Positions 38,088 to 52,669 of a stretch of 64,000 nt of DNA are shown in pieces. The notes under the pieces are model-generated. The model did no database searches. It was not told the origin of the DNA and saw only the letters and a program-made list of their open reading frames with translations. Positions within the stretch are counted from its first letter, which is position 1. The number at the start of each line of letters is the position of its first letter. Origin of the DNA: Syncephalis fuscata S228. Its lineage: Eukaryota; Fungi; Zoopagomycota. The position numbers and the translations under genes are program-made. Location: assembly GCA_025786725.1 (NCBI GenBank), contig JAHLTZ010000062.1, positions 1-64,000 on the forward strand, in the 5' to 3' direction.

Positions 38088-39347
38088 GTGATGGTGATGG
38101 TGATGATGCTGTTGGTGGTGGTGTTCTTCCATTAAATCGTGAGGTGTACGTAGACCTTGCACGCCCAAGTCAAATCCAGATACTTGTTGTGCTAGTATTT
38201 CATGATAATTATGAGAGTTTTGAACATGTTGTAAGAATACATCTTGATCATGTTGTTGTTGTTGCATCGTATGCAGACCAGATGCTGAATCGAAGCAAAA
38301 CTCTACGGGGATTTGATGCGCACCTAGCAAATCATTAGCAGCTGCAGTGGCTGCAGCACTAGCGGCATTAGTAGCATCGAATACCGGAAATCCCGAATGA
38401 TTTGATAAATCGCGTAGAACTGGCGTGCCAGGGGGTGGCAATTCAGTAAAGTGGCCGCTTTCGTAATAAGCAGAAAAAGCCGATACAAGCCTTGGTGATT
38501 GGTCGGCAATGTTAAGACCACGGCTTAGATCCTCGGCTGTACGTTCAATCTCCATCTCGCGAGTATTATCGGCCAGCAAGTAATTATGGTGTTGGGGCAT
38601 AATTGGGCAGGGAATTACTTCTTTGGGATCAATAAATGGTGCTGTTGACATCATATCGGCTGCGGTAAATCCACTGGTCACGGTGGGGATCATTGATCGT
38701 GGATAATGTGAAAGATCAACTGACGTGCCAAAATTCATAAATAATGGCATATCATTTGCAGCGGCAACAACAGCAGCAGTGGTGGCAGCCGTTGCTGCTG
38801 TGGCATTATTCATGCTATGACCGGTAACATCAGCCGATGAGGTCATCATAGCGGCAGCGGCAGCCGCGGCCGCAGCAGCCGCCGCATTTACTGGATTGGC
38901 AGCAGGCGGGAGGGGCGAGCAATTAGCCAGCACTTCTATGGCCTCAGAGACATTAACGGGCATAGTAGACCAGTAATTGCTAATAGGCGTATTAATTGTA
39001 TCTTGCGGTTCATTCTCTCCCGTAACCGAAGCAATTTGGCGCCAGCAAGAATCGTCAAGACGGATAACCGTAGGATCTAGTAGCTCAGAGAAGCCGATAC
39101 GGGTTGGTGTGGGGGGCATTGAGCTCTCGGAGGCCGAACAGCTATCCTCGCACACCGAGGCCAGTGTGTTGGCCGGTGAAGTGCCGAATAATTCGGCGGT
39201 GGTCAGGCCATTCATATTGTTGCACTCTTTTTTAATTTCTAGTCCAAGACTCGATAGTTTAAGCACAGCTTCGGGCTCCATTGGTTCGGTTTTTAGCATT
39301 TGACTAACAGTCTGCATCGAAAGTGTACTATCCATAAGATGTGCCAT
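37548..39347 (-). CDS. Two-finger C2H2 transcription factor, Msn2/Msn4/Seb1-like
   Basis: CLECHRAFMRSEHLKRHISSVH...KPFTC...CGKMFARSDNLQQH; poly-A, poly-Q and poly-H tracts; single 599-aa ORF. Confidence 0.88.
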
Positions 39348-41185
39348 ATCAAAAACGTCTAAATAAGTTTTGAATAGCTTGAAGGTATGGTGCTTTGGCT
39401 ATAGCGACTGTATAGCAGTAGTAAGTGTTGGCAAGTGTAAGTGTAAGTACTGCTTTGATAATGGCAGTGACAGTAAATTCTATAAGTGCTTCCAAGAAAT
39501 AAAACGACTATAGACGGGTCGTTGACAGTCAAAACTTGATGCTGTAGTGTTTGTAGTGGTGGTTGTAGTGTAGTAGTTGTAGCAGTGTTGTTAAGATCAG
39601 AGCGCCCAGTGTGTAACTCAATATAGACAGTGACAATAAGTTCAATCTAAAAAAAGCAACCCAGTAAACAATAGGTTGACGCGTTAGTGACGTGGTATTT
39701 TTTTGTATTTTGGACTCTAATAACCACTCGCTTTAAACAAGAGCTATAAAACAATGGTGAAAATAGAAAGTGTAGATTTTTCACAATTCCGGAATATCAA
39801 GAACAAATTTGTTTAGTCGATAGAATGTGCGAAAACAGGTTGCGTAAGTTCAAGAAATATCAATCTTTGATGCACGTGGCAAACCAGGCGCTAGCAGGCA
39901 AAGGAGGCAATTACAGCAAGTTAGGGAGAATCACGCAGTAAGTGACAGAGGAGCGACGGTGGCGATGATGGATGAAAACAAACAATAAAGAATAGAAGAC
40001 AAACGATAGGCAATAGCTGTAGAAGAATAGAAGGAACGATAGAAGCAAAAACACACACAGAGATAGAAGAAAGTGCCTGACAGAGAGGAGTGAAGTAGAG
40101 AGAGAGGGTAGAGTAGAGCAGAGAGTAGAGAGAGCGTAAGCAAGCGGGGTTAGGCCCAATGTACAAGGTGAGTGTAGGCGTATAACGTGTGATTTAATGG
40201 ATAAACATAATACAAGAAGCAGAAGTGAAATTGCCGTACACGTGCGTACGCGCCAATGCAGCTGGTCGATGCCGCTCATGAGGTTAGTGCCATTGCTGAG
40301 AATAATCACAGCCATGCCACTAATAGCAATGGCCGCAGCAGCAACGATAGATCTACGCGACGTCAATAGTTCAAAAGGGGAGACATGGCCATAAGAGCAC
40401 GGCAAAACTATTTAGTCAATAGCTAGCACACCTTCATGGCAACAATGTTTGTAAAATCAATGATAAACTTTGTGTGTCAATAATGATGACACTAATGAAA
40501 ACTACGATAATGGTAATATTAATACTAATTATAGTAAAAATAGTAATATCAATGAACTCCGATGTTATAATTAATAGTCATTTATCATTAGCATTATAAT
40601 CGCCATTGTATCATTGTACTATTACATTATTGAATATTATTATTGCCAACTTTATAAACCACACAAATCATTTGATTCACTATCTATTTGTAATCCTTAC
40701 ATCATTACACACACACACTTATAATTATAAAATGTAAAGCCACTCAATAGCCGTTATCACAATAAAGATCGAAATCACACGTGTTAACACAACAGCACGT
40801 AAATAGAGAAGATCAAGGTGAAGCAACAATGACGATACAGCTGGCATGAAATGGGAAAGAGCGTTTGCGCAGATCATCGCCCCGGCATTTGCGTGCAGGC
40901 ATGGCCTATGAAGGCGTGGAGGCACACCCACCCACCCACGCGGTCTACTCATACAGATGCATGTATGACTGGACAATAAAACAAAAATTTAACCTACGAC
41001 CACAATTTAGGATGGTCAGCGATTGGACGAGGTAAGGAAGGCGCGCGCGTACGCGTTGAACATGACGGTGGCAGTGCGTTTGTTGTTTGACAACAGTATC
41101 TGCATGCAGTAACAAAAATCATGTGCCCAACAAATGAATTGATGTGGGAGTCTGCGCATGAGCCTCCTTTGCTGCACGCGGGTAT

Positions 41186-41224
41186 CAAATGTTCAATGTT
41201 CAAATGTTCAAATGTTCAAATGTT
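41186..41224. repeat. Short tandem repeat (CAAATGTT) x5
   Basis: Directly visible; one unit lacks an A. Confidence 0.85.
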
Positions 41225-44200
41225 GTGGTGGTGTGGTGTGGTGTGTGGAATCAATGGCCATAATGGGCATGGCAGCAGTAACAGCCACCACATCCCAAAA
41301 TAGGCGAGTGATGCAACTCAATGTGTCGATGTGTGTATGTGTATTTGTATACCCCACACCTTGGGTAGATGAATAAAATGATCAGAATGACTGCTACTTA
41401 CCCAGAATTCGGTTACTATACGCAGCAGCCAATATATCTATCTATATATTTGCCAATGGAACCTTGCCGATGCAAATAGGCAATATCGGTGTTGTTGATA
41501 GAGTAGTTCTGGTGGACTGTATGGTTGGCTGGTAATGGCTATGGTAGATGTGCAAGCTAGACGTAAAAAGATGTACACTGATGTGAGTATTTGGCAATAG
41601 ATTGGTAAGGAAATGCGCAAAGCGATTGCAGTTGATTTCAAATGACTTTCGAGATCGGCGGCTCAATGGAAGCAGCAGCAACAACAATCAATTACTAGTC
41701 CTGTAGTGCAGCAGGTATGCAATGATTTGTTCGTTGTCTACTCAAACTACACGAACAAGCGACACAGTAAAGGGCAAATAGGCCAATTTGAATAAAGAAT
41801 AAAGATGATAGTAATAATAGAATAGAATAGATCAGGCCCGCAAAGGCGTAATGTCTTGATGGAAGACAAAAAGAAAACGCAATAGATAATAATGCGACGA
41901 AATTACCAATGACAACCGGTAATAGTACTGCCGAGAATAATATACCGCTAAAAGGGGATTTATAAATAGCTATGAACAATAGCATAAATAAACAAATAAA
42001 CCAATGAACTGTGCACGCCAAGATAAAGAAAATATAGTAAAGAAAGAGCAAAGAGCAGAATAATGAGTAATTCAGAATCGAGATCAATAAGGCTAATAAT
42101 AGTAATTGTAACAGTAATAGTAATTGTAGCAGTAATAATGATTCCGATGTTGTACAAAAATGTATTCAAAGAATCAAGATAAAAAAAAGCGCAAATTACT
42201 GTTTTTAAATGTTTAAAACTTACAATAAGCATATATAGCCCGTATACGAAGCAATATCACCGTCAATAGCAGATATGAGTACGCTTTGGTGTGCTTGTGC
42301 TTGTGTGTTATGTGTGTTGTTATAGATAATAGAAGATAAAGATGATAGAATGAAGATGATGGTAATGGGTGGATAATGGTGATTTGTATGTTCGACAAGT
42401 TAACAAGAAATAAGCAAAAGAAATAGCAAAACAAGTAGCGCAATGTTAAGAAGAGAACATTCAAATGAAGCTGTGTAGAATTGCAATGTCGATCATGATG
42501 GCTGCGGCCAAGCGCTCGCAAGTGAGGTAAGGGGCTTTTATATTAAATTGAGAATAATAATTCGACTATCAGAAGGCAGAAAGACAGAGGCAGAGAGAAA
42601 GAGAGAGAGAGCAGTGAATATGCACTACGACGACAACGATAACCGCCGGGATAATGACGGCAACTATTATTAGTACACGTATGCTATCTACCGACCAAAC
42701 AATAATAAGCCGAGCAATACAAGATCAAGGCTATTGCTACTACCACTACAGTTAAATTGATAAAGGTAGAGGCAGAGGTAAGAGAGAAATAGAGAATTAG
42801 AGAGAGAGAGAAAAACACCTGCAGGTTCTACGTGCAGCACAACTAGAAAATGATAATAGTTATCATGCAAGCAATAACAACAACAAAAACAACAACAAAA
42901 ACGCTATCACAACTAAATAATGCCAATGCTTATTATAATTATCATTGTTATTATTGTTATATTATTATTATTATTATTATTGAAGCTATTATTATTCGCT
43001 ATCATTGCTATGATAATTATCGTAACTGCTTTGTTGTGATTGTTGTCGTTAGTCATACTGTGTGCATGTGCGCATTGTGGTCTGTTCCGCAACGTCATTG
43101 CCCTTGTGCGCGACTGCGTTGCAATTATCGCCGATGGCCCGGTGTTCGGAAAAGTGCACGATACTGTCAGGAGGTGCTCGTGCAAATTATGTATGTGTAT
43201 GTAGATGTTTGGAAACGTTAGATGCATCTTTTCTGATGTAGTCGACGTGCACGCGTATCGGCAACATTTGAAAGCAGCAAGCAAGCAAGTGAAAGAGAGC
43301 GAGATTAAGTGAGTGAGAAAAACCAGGAGTGTGTACGCACGCACGCGCGCATGCGCAAACCAACTATATCATTGCTATCATTTCTACCGATGCATGTTGA
43401 TGCAACTCGGTTCAACTATACTGCAACAAAACAATACTATTTTTGTTTGCTATAGAGAGGAGATAGTAAAAGAGAGAGAGAGTGTGTGTATGTATTTACC
43501 CCCACGCATCGACGCACGTATAATCCCACTCATGTACCTTCTCCTCGATGCAATGCTAGGAATCTATGCAATTCAATGTCTACTAGGCTTGGGCATGTCA
43601 AATACCAATACTGAATGATGATACTGCTACCAATCAAAACTGCCATTATCGTTATCGCAATCAATGTACCAACCTTGTGCGTAGAGTAAAGCACACTTGC
43701 CGTGTTAACTAACGCAATAGCTAAAAAGAAGGTATCGATGCGTATTCTCCTTTTTTTCCCACCTTCTTTCTCTTCCTGCAGCGTACTACAAACGATGGAA
43801 ATTAGGTCAGCCAAGTCTTAACGCAATAAAAGCTACGTGAATGAAATGCATTTTAAAGGGGCACCACGTTCACTTTTGCATATCAATTTTCCCCTTTTCT
43901 CCTACGCGTGTAATCTTTCTCTCACCTTGCTGATGCGTGGCAATAGTAGGAGACGATAGCGGCCATGCTATACACCTTCTAAAGCCGTACGCATCTCTAT
44001 TCAACATGCGATGTTAAACGTCATAGCGGTGTTGTTGTTAACGTGGAATATGCATATTTGCTACCGATTGGTTACTAGATAAAATTAATTGTTAATCCAA
44101 CGCCAAGCTTGCAAATACCTGTATCTTGGTAGTTTGAATCTATTTCTATCTAAAAATAAATATCTTATTAAGCATCTATATATATCTATATATAACTATG

Positions 44201-47200
44201 TAACTCTATGGTGATACAAGTAATGGCCAGATAGTTATGTTTACATAGAAACACATTTTGTCATTCATTCTGGTAGTGGTCACGACATATGTAAAATATC
44301 ATTATTATTATTCATAAACCAGTGCTAATTATTTACAATAGATTCAAATAAGCAGTAATGAGATTGTTTTATTTATACGCATAATATTTATTAGGTTAAT
44401 CACTTGCTTTATATATTTGAGAAGTATTGTATTAATAGGTATAGTAATAAATGGTACGTACTTGTAGTTAAAATTACAATTCAAATGTTTTATCAATTAT
44501 TTACAAAATATTAGCAACCAACTTAATATACAATGAATTGTTTATTGTAAGAATAGAAAATACGGACTTATTACTATAGTAGTTTAATATAATGTCACAA
44601 CAAAATAGTATTTTATAAATTTATAACAACTGATGTACCAAATTACCTACAGTTTACTTAGTAAAATAAAAAGGGGGATAATGGTCAATCGTTTCCATGC
44701 CTCTATTCTATTGGTTCCCCTTTTGTGACAATAACAACAATCATTATTGTAGTGTTTTTAAACACATGCTTTATTGCACACTATTGTAATACAAACTTAC
44801 AGTTAATTTCAAATACAACTAACAAATATATTTTATTTAATTGTTAATTAGTGTTTATTCTAGTGTTAATAGAACCAAAGCTACTACGTTGTCTACCTAA
44901 TCTAGCTAGACAAGTTTTGATCCAAGAATGGGATGCTCGGGACAATCCGGAATCAGGCTGGTCAGGTGATCATCCAAACGCCATTTCCAGCATCATTGAC
45001 GTGTTCTATAGGCATAGGTAAGTACAATGGACATTGAAAAGTGCTTTGCAGGTATGTCATTGGTATTACAGCAATAGTTACAATTTGACACGAGACATTT
45101 ACACAGTTAACATCAATGAATCAATGGGAATAGATAATGGGTGTTATAACAATAACAGTGATGGCAGCAACAATAACAGTAGCAACAATAAGGTGAGCCG
45201 CATGGCAGTCAAGGTGATACTAACCAGTGACTGCTCCACCTATGACCAGTCACATTTCTTCATTATACTCACATTTACACTTGTGCACTCTATAAGCACA
45301 AGTCTAGTGTGCTTTAGTATGGTGTTAAACAAATAAAAATTATAAAAGAAGGATATGCCAAGGAGTGAGTGCAATGTAATGAGTATGTATGTATGTGTGT
45401 GTGTATTGCCATACAAGTTTGGGTCATACAATTGTTTCATCAACACAACCATCAAGAATGCCATTCATTTGATTGGCATAACTGCATGCACAAACAATAG
45501 ATCTTTAAAAACAAATAGCCCTTTTATCAATAAACATAAACTATTTATAAATTAAATAACACATTGTTAAAGATTAAACTAGTTGATCGACACGTGACAA
45601 TACTGTTATAACTGACAGACATTATAATCAGTGTCACTACCACTATCATTGGTTATGGCTGTCTATCGACGATAATCAAAGCTATGGCTATGATAATCAC
45701 CCCTTCTGCCATTGTCTACATGTGGTTTTATGTACGGTTAAATGAATGGACGAATGGATTTACGGAACAACAGCAGCCGCATCTATCCAAAAGGCCTATG
45801 CTACACTACATCTAAACCCAATAGTGTCTAAATATCTTGGCACAGAAAAGGTGGCCATAATGACATCATGAATCGGTTTGTTAGAACAACACTTTTTACT
45901 CGATTGTAGGTGCTAAAAGACATCAACAATAGCCAAAATTAGTGGCCATTGTCACTGCAAAGTCATTTTGTTAAACAATACACGCGTTATTATCCTTTTG
46001 AAGTGATTGCAGCCACGTGTTTAAAGTAAGGAGGAAAGAGGAAGAGGAGGAGGAGAAAGAGGATTTGTTATGCAACGCCAAGAATAGCCGACCGATAAGC
46101 AATGGTTGTCCCAAAGTAGATTCACCGAGCAAAGAGTAGAGCAAAGCAATAAACAACAATGACGATCTACAGCATCCGACACTAGAAGTACGCCATGCCA
46201 ATGCCACTCGCCAATAACATTAGTCACTTGCCTACTATCTTTCTATTAGTAATAATTAGTAGTATTTGACCATCATTTGTTAATCCATCCTATATCGTCA
46301 TTCATTACTATTATGATGAATAATCCATTGTTTTGTTCATCGGTTTTAATTCATTAACAATACGCAATAGTTGTATCAATTCTATTAATAAGCATCTTGT
46401 TTATTACTGTTATGGATTTGTTCAATTTTTTACCTTTAGTCTAGTAAATACCACATATTTCAACATGCCATTATCATCGTCATTATCAATGGCATCACCT
46501 GGACACCAGCTGACACATCAACTCCGTTCCTTCACATTGCACACACACGCACACAAAAACGAATTACGCTGTTGTTCTCTCAATTTCTACTTTCATCCAC
46601 ACACACACACAATGCACACAAATACTCACACTTACTCACATTCATCAGTCCCCCAAAATAGTTAACTATTTAAAGCCATCATTTATCTTGACCGGTCTGG
46701 GGAGTGGTCACAATTCTTTCTCTTTCTTTCTCGTTTACTTGCCGCTGTTGTTTCGCTTTCACTCTACCACTACCAGTCACTACTGCACCACCACTTTACT
46801 ACTACCACCACTACTTTCACTTCACTACCACGTTCTCATCGGTTTACTGCAGATAGCAATCATAACAATAGTAACAGCTCTGTTCTTTTTGTTATTTGTT
46901 TGCTATATCCTCTAGCTACTGCTAACTAACCGCCAATTGACTATAACCAACCAACCAACCTTCATCTTGCCTTCATCCTTTTGCCAAAACCTTTCGGTTG
47001 ACTCGGCCTGTATTCGTGCGGTATCACAACTATTGTACGTCCATAGGCTCTCGTTCTATTTGCATACTACTCTTGTGATTGTTTCACACGTCTACACACA
47101 TATATATATACATTTACCTGTCTCCTTTTTACTCGCAATAACCATAGCAATAGCTGCAATAGTATTATTGTTTTCGTTACTTAGCAGCAACAGCAACAAC

Positions 47201-47338
47201 AACACCACCAGTAGCATCTCTCGTTCAAACTTTCATTCTCTCTTCGCTCGTATTATCGCCACGTCTTTTTTGTGCTGAAACTACTTTCACACACACACAC
47301 ACACCTCTCTCTCCAATCTATACACATCAACGTTCATC

Positions 47339-48201
47339 ATGCAAATCTTTGTCAAGACACTTACGGGAAAGACAATCACCTTGACGTAGAGTCCTCGGAT
47401 ACCATTGACGCCGTCAAACAAAAGATCCAGGACAAGGAGGGCATCCCACCCGATCAACAACGTCTTATCTTTGCCGGAAAGCAGCTTGAAGATGGCCGTA
47501 CACTATCCGACTATAATATTCAAAAGGAATCGACACTGCATTTGGTATTGCGTTTGCGCGGTGGCATGCGGGTAAGCATCCAGACATTGGCCCATGGCAT
47601 GGTCACTCTAGAACTGGATGCAGCCGATACTATTGCCGCAGTTAAGCAAAAGTTGATTGCTGCACTTGGCGGTCGAACGGCCTCGTCCTCATCGTCTTCA
47701 TCAACATCACCCGTCATGAATGATGTACAGCAGCAGCCAACAACAACAACAACAGCAATACCACCATCTTCTATTCACTAGTCAAGGCCACCCAATGTCC
47801 GAGGACAATAGAACATTGGCCGATTATGGCGTGAAAGAAGGTAGCGAACTGTCCTTTGGTCCATCTACAGATGCTACAACAGCTGCGGCAATAGCTTCGG
47901 CTATGGCCACCGATGGCGCGGCAATAGCTAATAAGCAGCAGGCAGATGCATCGCTTGTAGCATCGGCTACTGCTCGTGCTTCACCGGCCAAGCGACGTAC
48001 CGGTCGTTGTCACTTTGGCGATTGTACGGACCGTGTTGTCAAGATTGTTGGCGACTGCCGCTACTGTCAGAAGCGATTCTGTGGCCGTCATCGCCTTCCA
48101 GAAGCACATATCTGTGCCAATTTGACGACTTGTCAACAGGCCTCGTTTGAACGAAATGCGGGAAATTGCTCCAAGAGAAATGTGTAGCCAGCAAGGTTTA
48201 A
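47339..48201 (+). CDS. Ubiquitin - divergent UBL - AN1 zinc-finger fusion protein
   Basis: [14 protein letters not shown]...LRLRGG, then MRVSIQTL...[12 protein letters not shown], then CHFGDC...[20 protein letters not shown]...KCVASKV*; needs about three 1-nt frame corrections (near 47381, 47700-47750, 48162). Confidence 0.88.
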
Positions 48202-48752
48202 CTCTGTTGATGCCGGTTGGCCTTTCTGCCTGTATGCATACTGCGTGCATATATACAGAGCTTTCCTTTTCTTTATCCTCTTGCTCTTCCATCATTATTT
48301 TAGCCCGTGCAGTTTACTAGTTGCACGTGCCTTAACTTTGCTATTTCCGTAGTATGTTGTTGTCGTGCTATTATTGTTGTTGTTGTTGTTGCCATTACCG
48401 CTGTATGGTCTACACGCTGTACCAACGATGGTGATGGCACTCCCTCTCCGGTCTTTACACTCTTTTACGTACATCGTCGTCACACTTTTATGCACACCAA
48501 CGCAACATTTGCAACATGCATATATGCGGGCACATACACGCATATACTGCCGGCCCGTCGATACAGCATACAAATGACTTGCGCACGTCTTTTCTATTTT
48601 ATGTACAATATACCGATGAGGATTGCCCTACATATATACATGTGTCATTTTAATTGCTATTAATGTTGTTTATTATAGTAGTGTTTGTATTAGTATATTA
48701 TTTCAATACTATCCAATGTCAATGAATAGCTATTGTGTATTGCATGGTGTTC

Positions 48753-50910
48753 TTAAAAGCGTATTTGATATCGGCCCGAATTTGTTATACTTCGTAGTCC
48801 CTAAATGATATATTCACATACCAGTGCGTGTGTGTAATTAATGTAAAACATTCATTAGTCAGCACGTTGAACTATTTGACTTGCATGATGGTTGCGGTTT
48901 TGCTTTTTACCTTAAAGTGTGTGTATGATTCGCCATGTAATGCTAGTCCACTCACACGCAAACCCGAAGCAGCAAACCCGTCGATGCGAAAGTCCAATTG
49001 GGCCGTATAGCCTGATTTCGGTGTATTCTCCCTACAAATACCAACATATAGTGTAAGTGGGTATTGTTTTTATCCAACGGCGCTAATGATAGATTGCGAA
49101 GCGAATATTTCCCCAATATTTATCGACTACTTACGGACAATTAAATGTGGCGGTTAACATGGGTAGACGTTCCTTATCCGATATATTGTCCACATTCCAG
49201 TAAATAATCTATTATGGCCATTGATAAAGTGTAACAATGAATATGTGTAATATAAATACTTACTTTATTTGATGGCTCACAGCGAACATGGCCATAGTTT
49301 GCGCTAACGTGTATATTGGTGGCTTGTGGTGGTAATGGCACAGTTAAACGGGTATCCTCAACTGCTTTACCGCCTGTTTGTCGTGTTAATAACGATACCT
49401 CCAGACGGCTTTCTACATTTACAATAGCCATTATTATAAAACAAAAATATATGATAAAATAAAGACTACCTTTATCCTTTGCAAACGTAATCTAGGAGAA
49501 ACAATAACTGGTAATGGGAGTTTATGAAGTAGTCTATTAAACAAATAAATAAACTGTATTAATTAATTATATCAATAAAATTACCGGTATTGAAGTAACT
49601 TGAATTTGCCATCAGGTGGCACGAATGAAATAACTCGATCTGATTGAAACATTGGATATCTAGTAAATGTTATTAATGTTATTGCTTGTATTATAACTAC
49701 TCGTATCACCTGATACATGGATGAAAGCTGGCATCGGCCAATAGTGTAGGATTGGTAAATGATAACGATAAATCTGGCATGCCTGTAGTCATTATTATAG
49801 TATGATTAATAATCGTAAGTTTAAATCAATTTATATTAAAATAGACTTGCCTGAAAGACGACAATTGCACTGAACAGTGCCAAATATCTCTGCTGTTACC
49901 GCATGTCCTTTACTATATAAATAAATAACATATTTATATTAATAACTATTACTATTGTATTACTAGCTATCTTACCTATCGGTAATGACATCCATATCTT
50001 CAAGAATATCGAAATAGATCTCGTTATTAGAGTAGCGTACATCGCCTCTTCTCCATGGCAGACTCGATATATTGCCACTAAGTGATGTCTCAGTTGTACT
50101 AATATTGACAATCAATTAAATACATTAATATCTTTTATTCAACACTTAATACAATCGCTACTTACTTTGTTACGCTCGCCACTGTATTCATTACACGTTG
50201 ATAAACAGAAGGTGGTGGTATCATTTCCTTTAATGCATTGGGTTCAGTCATCAATGGAAATCCATTATCAGACATTTCTTCCAATAACTAAATAATATAT
50301 ATATAATATTATTAATGTTATTATATAATAATTATTAAGTGTTATTTACCATGTATACAGTAACAAAATTATCTTTGATTACGACATCTGTAACATCACC
50401 GAAATAATCATGAAATATATCCGAAATATGTCGGAGAAATGTCAATACAAGTAATGGCGATACTATAGACACGTAGATAACACACGAATAATAGGTTAGT
50501 ACATGGTACTCTATCTACAACCCATCTACTCTTCTATTGCTACTACTACTACTACTACTCTACTACTCCCTCAACTAGTATTATTATTGTAACAATTAAA
50601 GCTTGTCTTACATTCTCGGTCAACGATCGTAAGATAGATCATTCCATCGCATAGCATATGAACAAAAGTATGTCGCTGTGAACGCAATACAGGTGGCACT
50701 TCAACTAGACCGCCTTCTTGCTGCTCTACTAACTCGCGGAAATGGTCCACACCGAACGATCTACCACACCCCGTAAAGGTTTCTCAATAATAACATTGCT
50801 ATTCGTATAACGAAGCAATAGTCAGTTCACTCTATCTAGGCATAACTGTTCAGGTCAGCCTTATTAGAGAAAGCTTACCGAGTGCCATCCAAAATGTAAA
50901 GACTATCCAT
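48753..50910 (-). CDS. APM3: AP-3 adaptor complex mu subunit, many introns
   Basis: IKDNFVTVY, EMSDNGFPLMTEPNALKEMIPPP, YANNEIYFD, CRLSGMPD, SFHPC, ISFVPPDGKF, GLRSITNSGRYQIRF*. Confidence 0.9.
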
Positions 50911-51181
50911 GACGTCAGTAAATGGGCAGAAAGATAGGAGTTGCAATGTGTAATAATCAGTTTAATAGATTGATTAATAGCAATTAATACTGTATTTTAT
51001 ATTTACACACTTTTATTCATACACACAACACTAAATAATATAGTAGCAATGACACATAATAACATTAATAATAAAAATATAGTAAATAATTGGACTTTTC
51101 AACAATAATCTGTATTGATAACAATAATGGAATGCTTACATCGCTGTTAATAACAGGATGCTGGCCATTGTGCCTGGTTGT

Positions 51182-52293
51182 CTAACCCGCAAGTTTAGAA
51201 TAGAGCACCAACATAATTAATGCTACTAATATAAGAATAATTGCCGCAGTAATTAACCGATTAGTAGCCATACTATTCAATAAATGGCATAAGTATAGAA
51301 ACAACAAACGAGTGCTATCAAAGAAGCCGACTACTTACCGACGTGCCATGCCACGGAGTGTGCGCTGTGCCTTATCGACATACGAATCCGCCTCATGTAA
51401 CTAGGTGGCCAGTAACAGATCATTTATTAATACAGTTTACGTAAAATGTACACTACACTTACTGTATCGCGTGTATGCTGAATTTGTTCTCTTTGTGAGC
51501 GCAAATCACCTAGAATACTTGTACCTAGTGCCTCTGTGTATCGATAATAACCAGACATGAATAAATATATAGTTATATATATAGTTATTTATCATAATTT
51601 GCGCTATTTACCTGTTTCTAGTGCAAGTCGGTGGCCCTCCTCTAGTCGGCGCGTACTTTGATTTAGACGGTCGGTGCCATCAAGCATACGCTGTCGATGA
51701 TCAAGATACGTGCTATCAGCATCATGACCACGGCCCAATGCCGACTGGCCTAATAGATTTACTCGATCATTCGATTTGGTAGCCACTTTTTTCTACACTC
51801 AATTGCATTACTCATCAGTTGGATGCTATGGCCTACAATTCAACTACTAATAGAACCTACCATATCACGCTTTAATTTGATCAAATCTGTTTTAGATGCT
51901 CGTAGTCGACCACTAAGCCGATCCTTAAGTGGTGCTGCATACCGACCAAGTGTCAACTCCATCTGGCCTACCTATAGTCAATGACATATACCGATATTAC
52001 AATAGCGATAATGTTTAATGATGAGCAGATAACATATACTACAGTTCGCTACTTACAATCTCTTCCGCCTCTTCAATCTCACGCTCAGTAGCACGAATAG
52101 TGGCATTGCGTTGTTCTATATACAATAAAGTTTAATTCGTCAGTAAATAGATAACTGCTTCGATACCAAGTGTTCACTTACCGCCAACTTGGCTAGGAAT
52201 CAGCGAGTTGACCTTGTTGGCAATGGTCAGCGAAATCGCCTGGTATTCTTGTTCGTAGCTTTCAAAAAGCTGCGCATCCTGCTTGTTAGCCAT
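51182..52293 (-). CDS. VTI1: Qb-SNARE Vti1
   Basis: LFESYEQEY, RQRMLDGTDRL...RIALETE-like motif, C-terminal TM RLITAAIILILVALIMLVLYSK. Confidence 0.92.
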
Positions 52294-52669
52294 TAGTGCT
52301 GAATGGCAGCAATAATAGTTGGTCAGTAAAGGTAAGTTACAACTAGATGGAAGTAGAACAGTTTGATAAGGTGTATTCAATCAGTCCAGGAGAAGAGGTA
52401 GTATTATATCTGTCTGTCTGTCTCTCTCTCTCTGTGTGGGTGTAGTTTAAATAAATGAATGTCACCAAGGATGGTAATCCTCTAATAATAATCTACAAGT
52501 GATCACGTGCATATCAGCAATTTCTACACTTGTAAAAATAATAGTAATAAAAATGAACACGTCAATGATGTTTTATTTATTTATTAAACTCTACACAATG
52601 CACCAAATGCTGTAGTTGTAGTTATGATGGCTGGGCAGTAGTTACATCATCATCATCATCATCATCATT

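Noticed and set aside
37548-39347. C2H2 gene as Crz1, forming a calcineurin cluster with CNB1
   Set aside because: The finger residues (RSEHLKRH, RSDNL) are Msn2/Seb1-type and I see no clear PxIxIT site; adjacency is probably chance.
44900-45025. U1 snRNA on the minus strand (TACTTACCT)
   Set aside because: No U1A loop (ATTGCAC), no proper 70K loop and no Sm site; it is the complement of a splice donor.
40376-45704. About eight STRE (AGGGG/CCCCT) sites suggesting autoregulation of the Msn2-like TF
   Set aside because: A rough expectation for the whole 8-kb interval at this composition is about five, so enrichment is not convincing.
39900-47280. Many short hydrophobic ORFs in the ORF track
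   Set aside because: They come from microsatellite and purine/pyrimidine-skewed sequence and show no domains.
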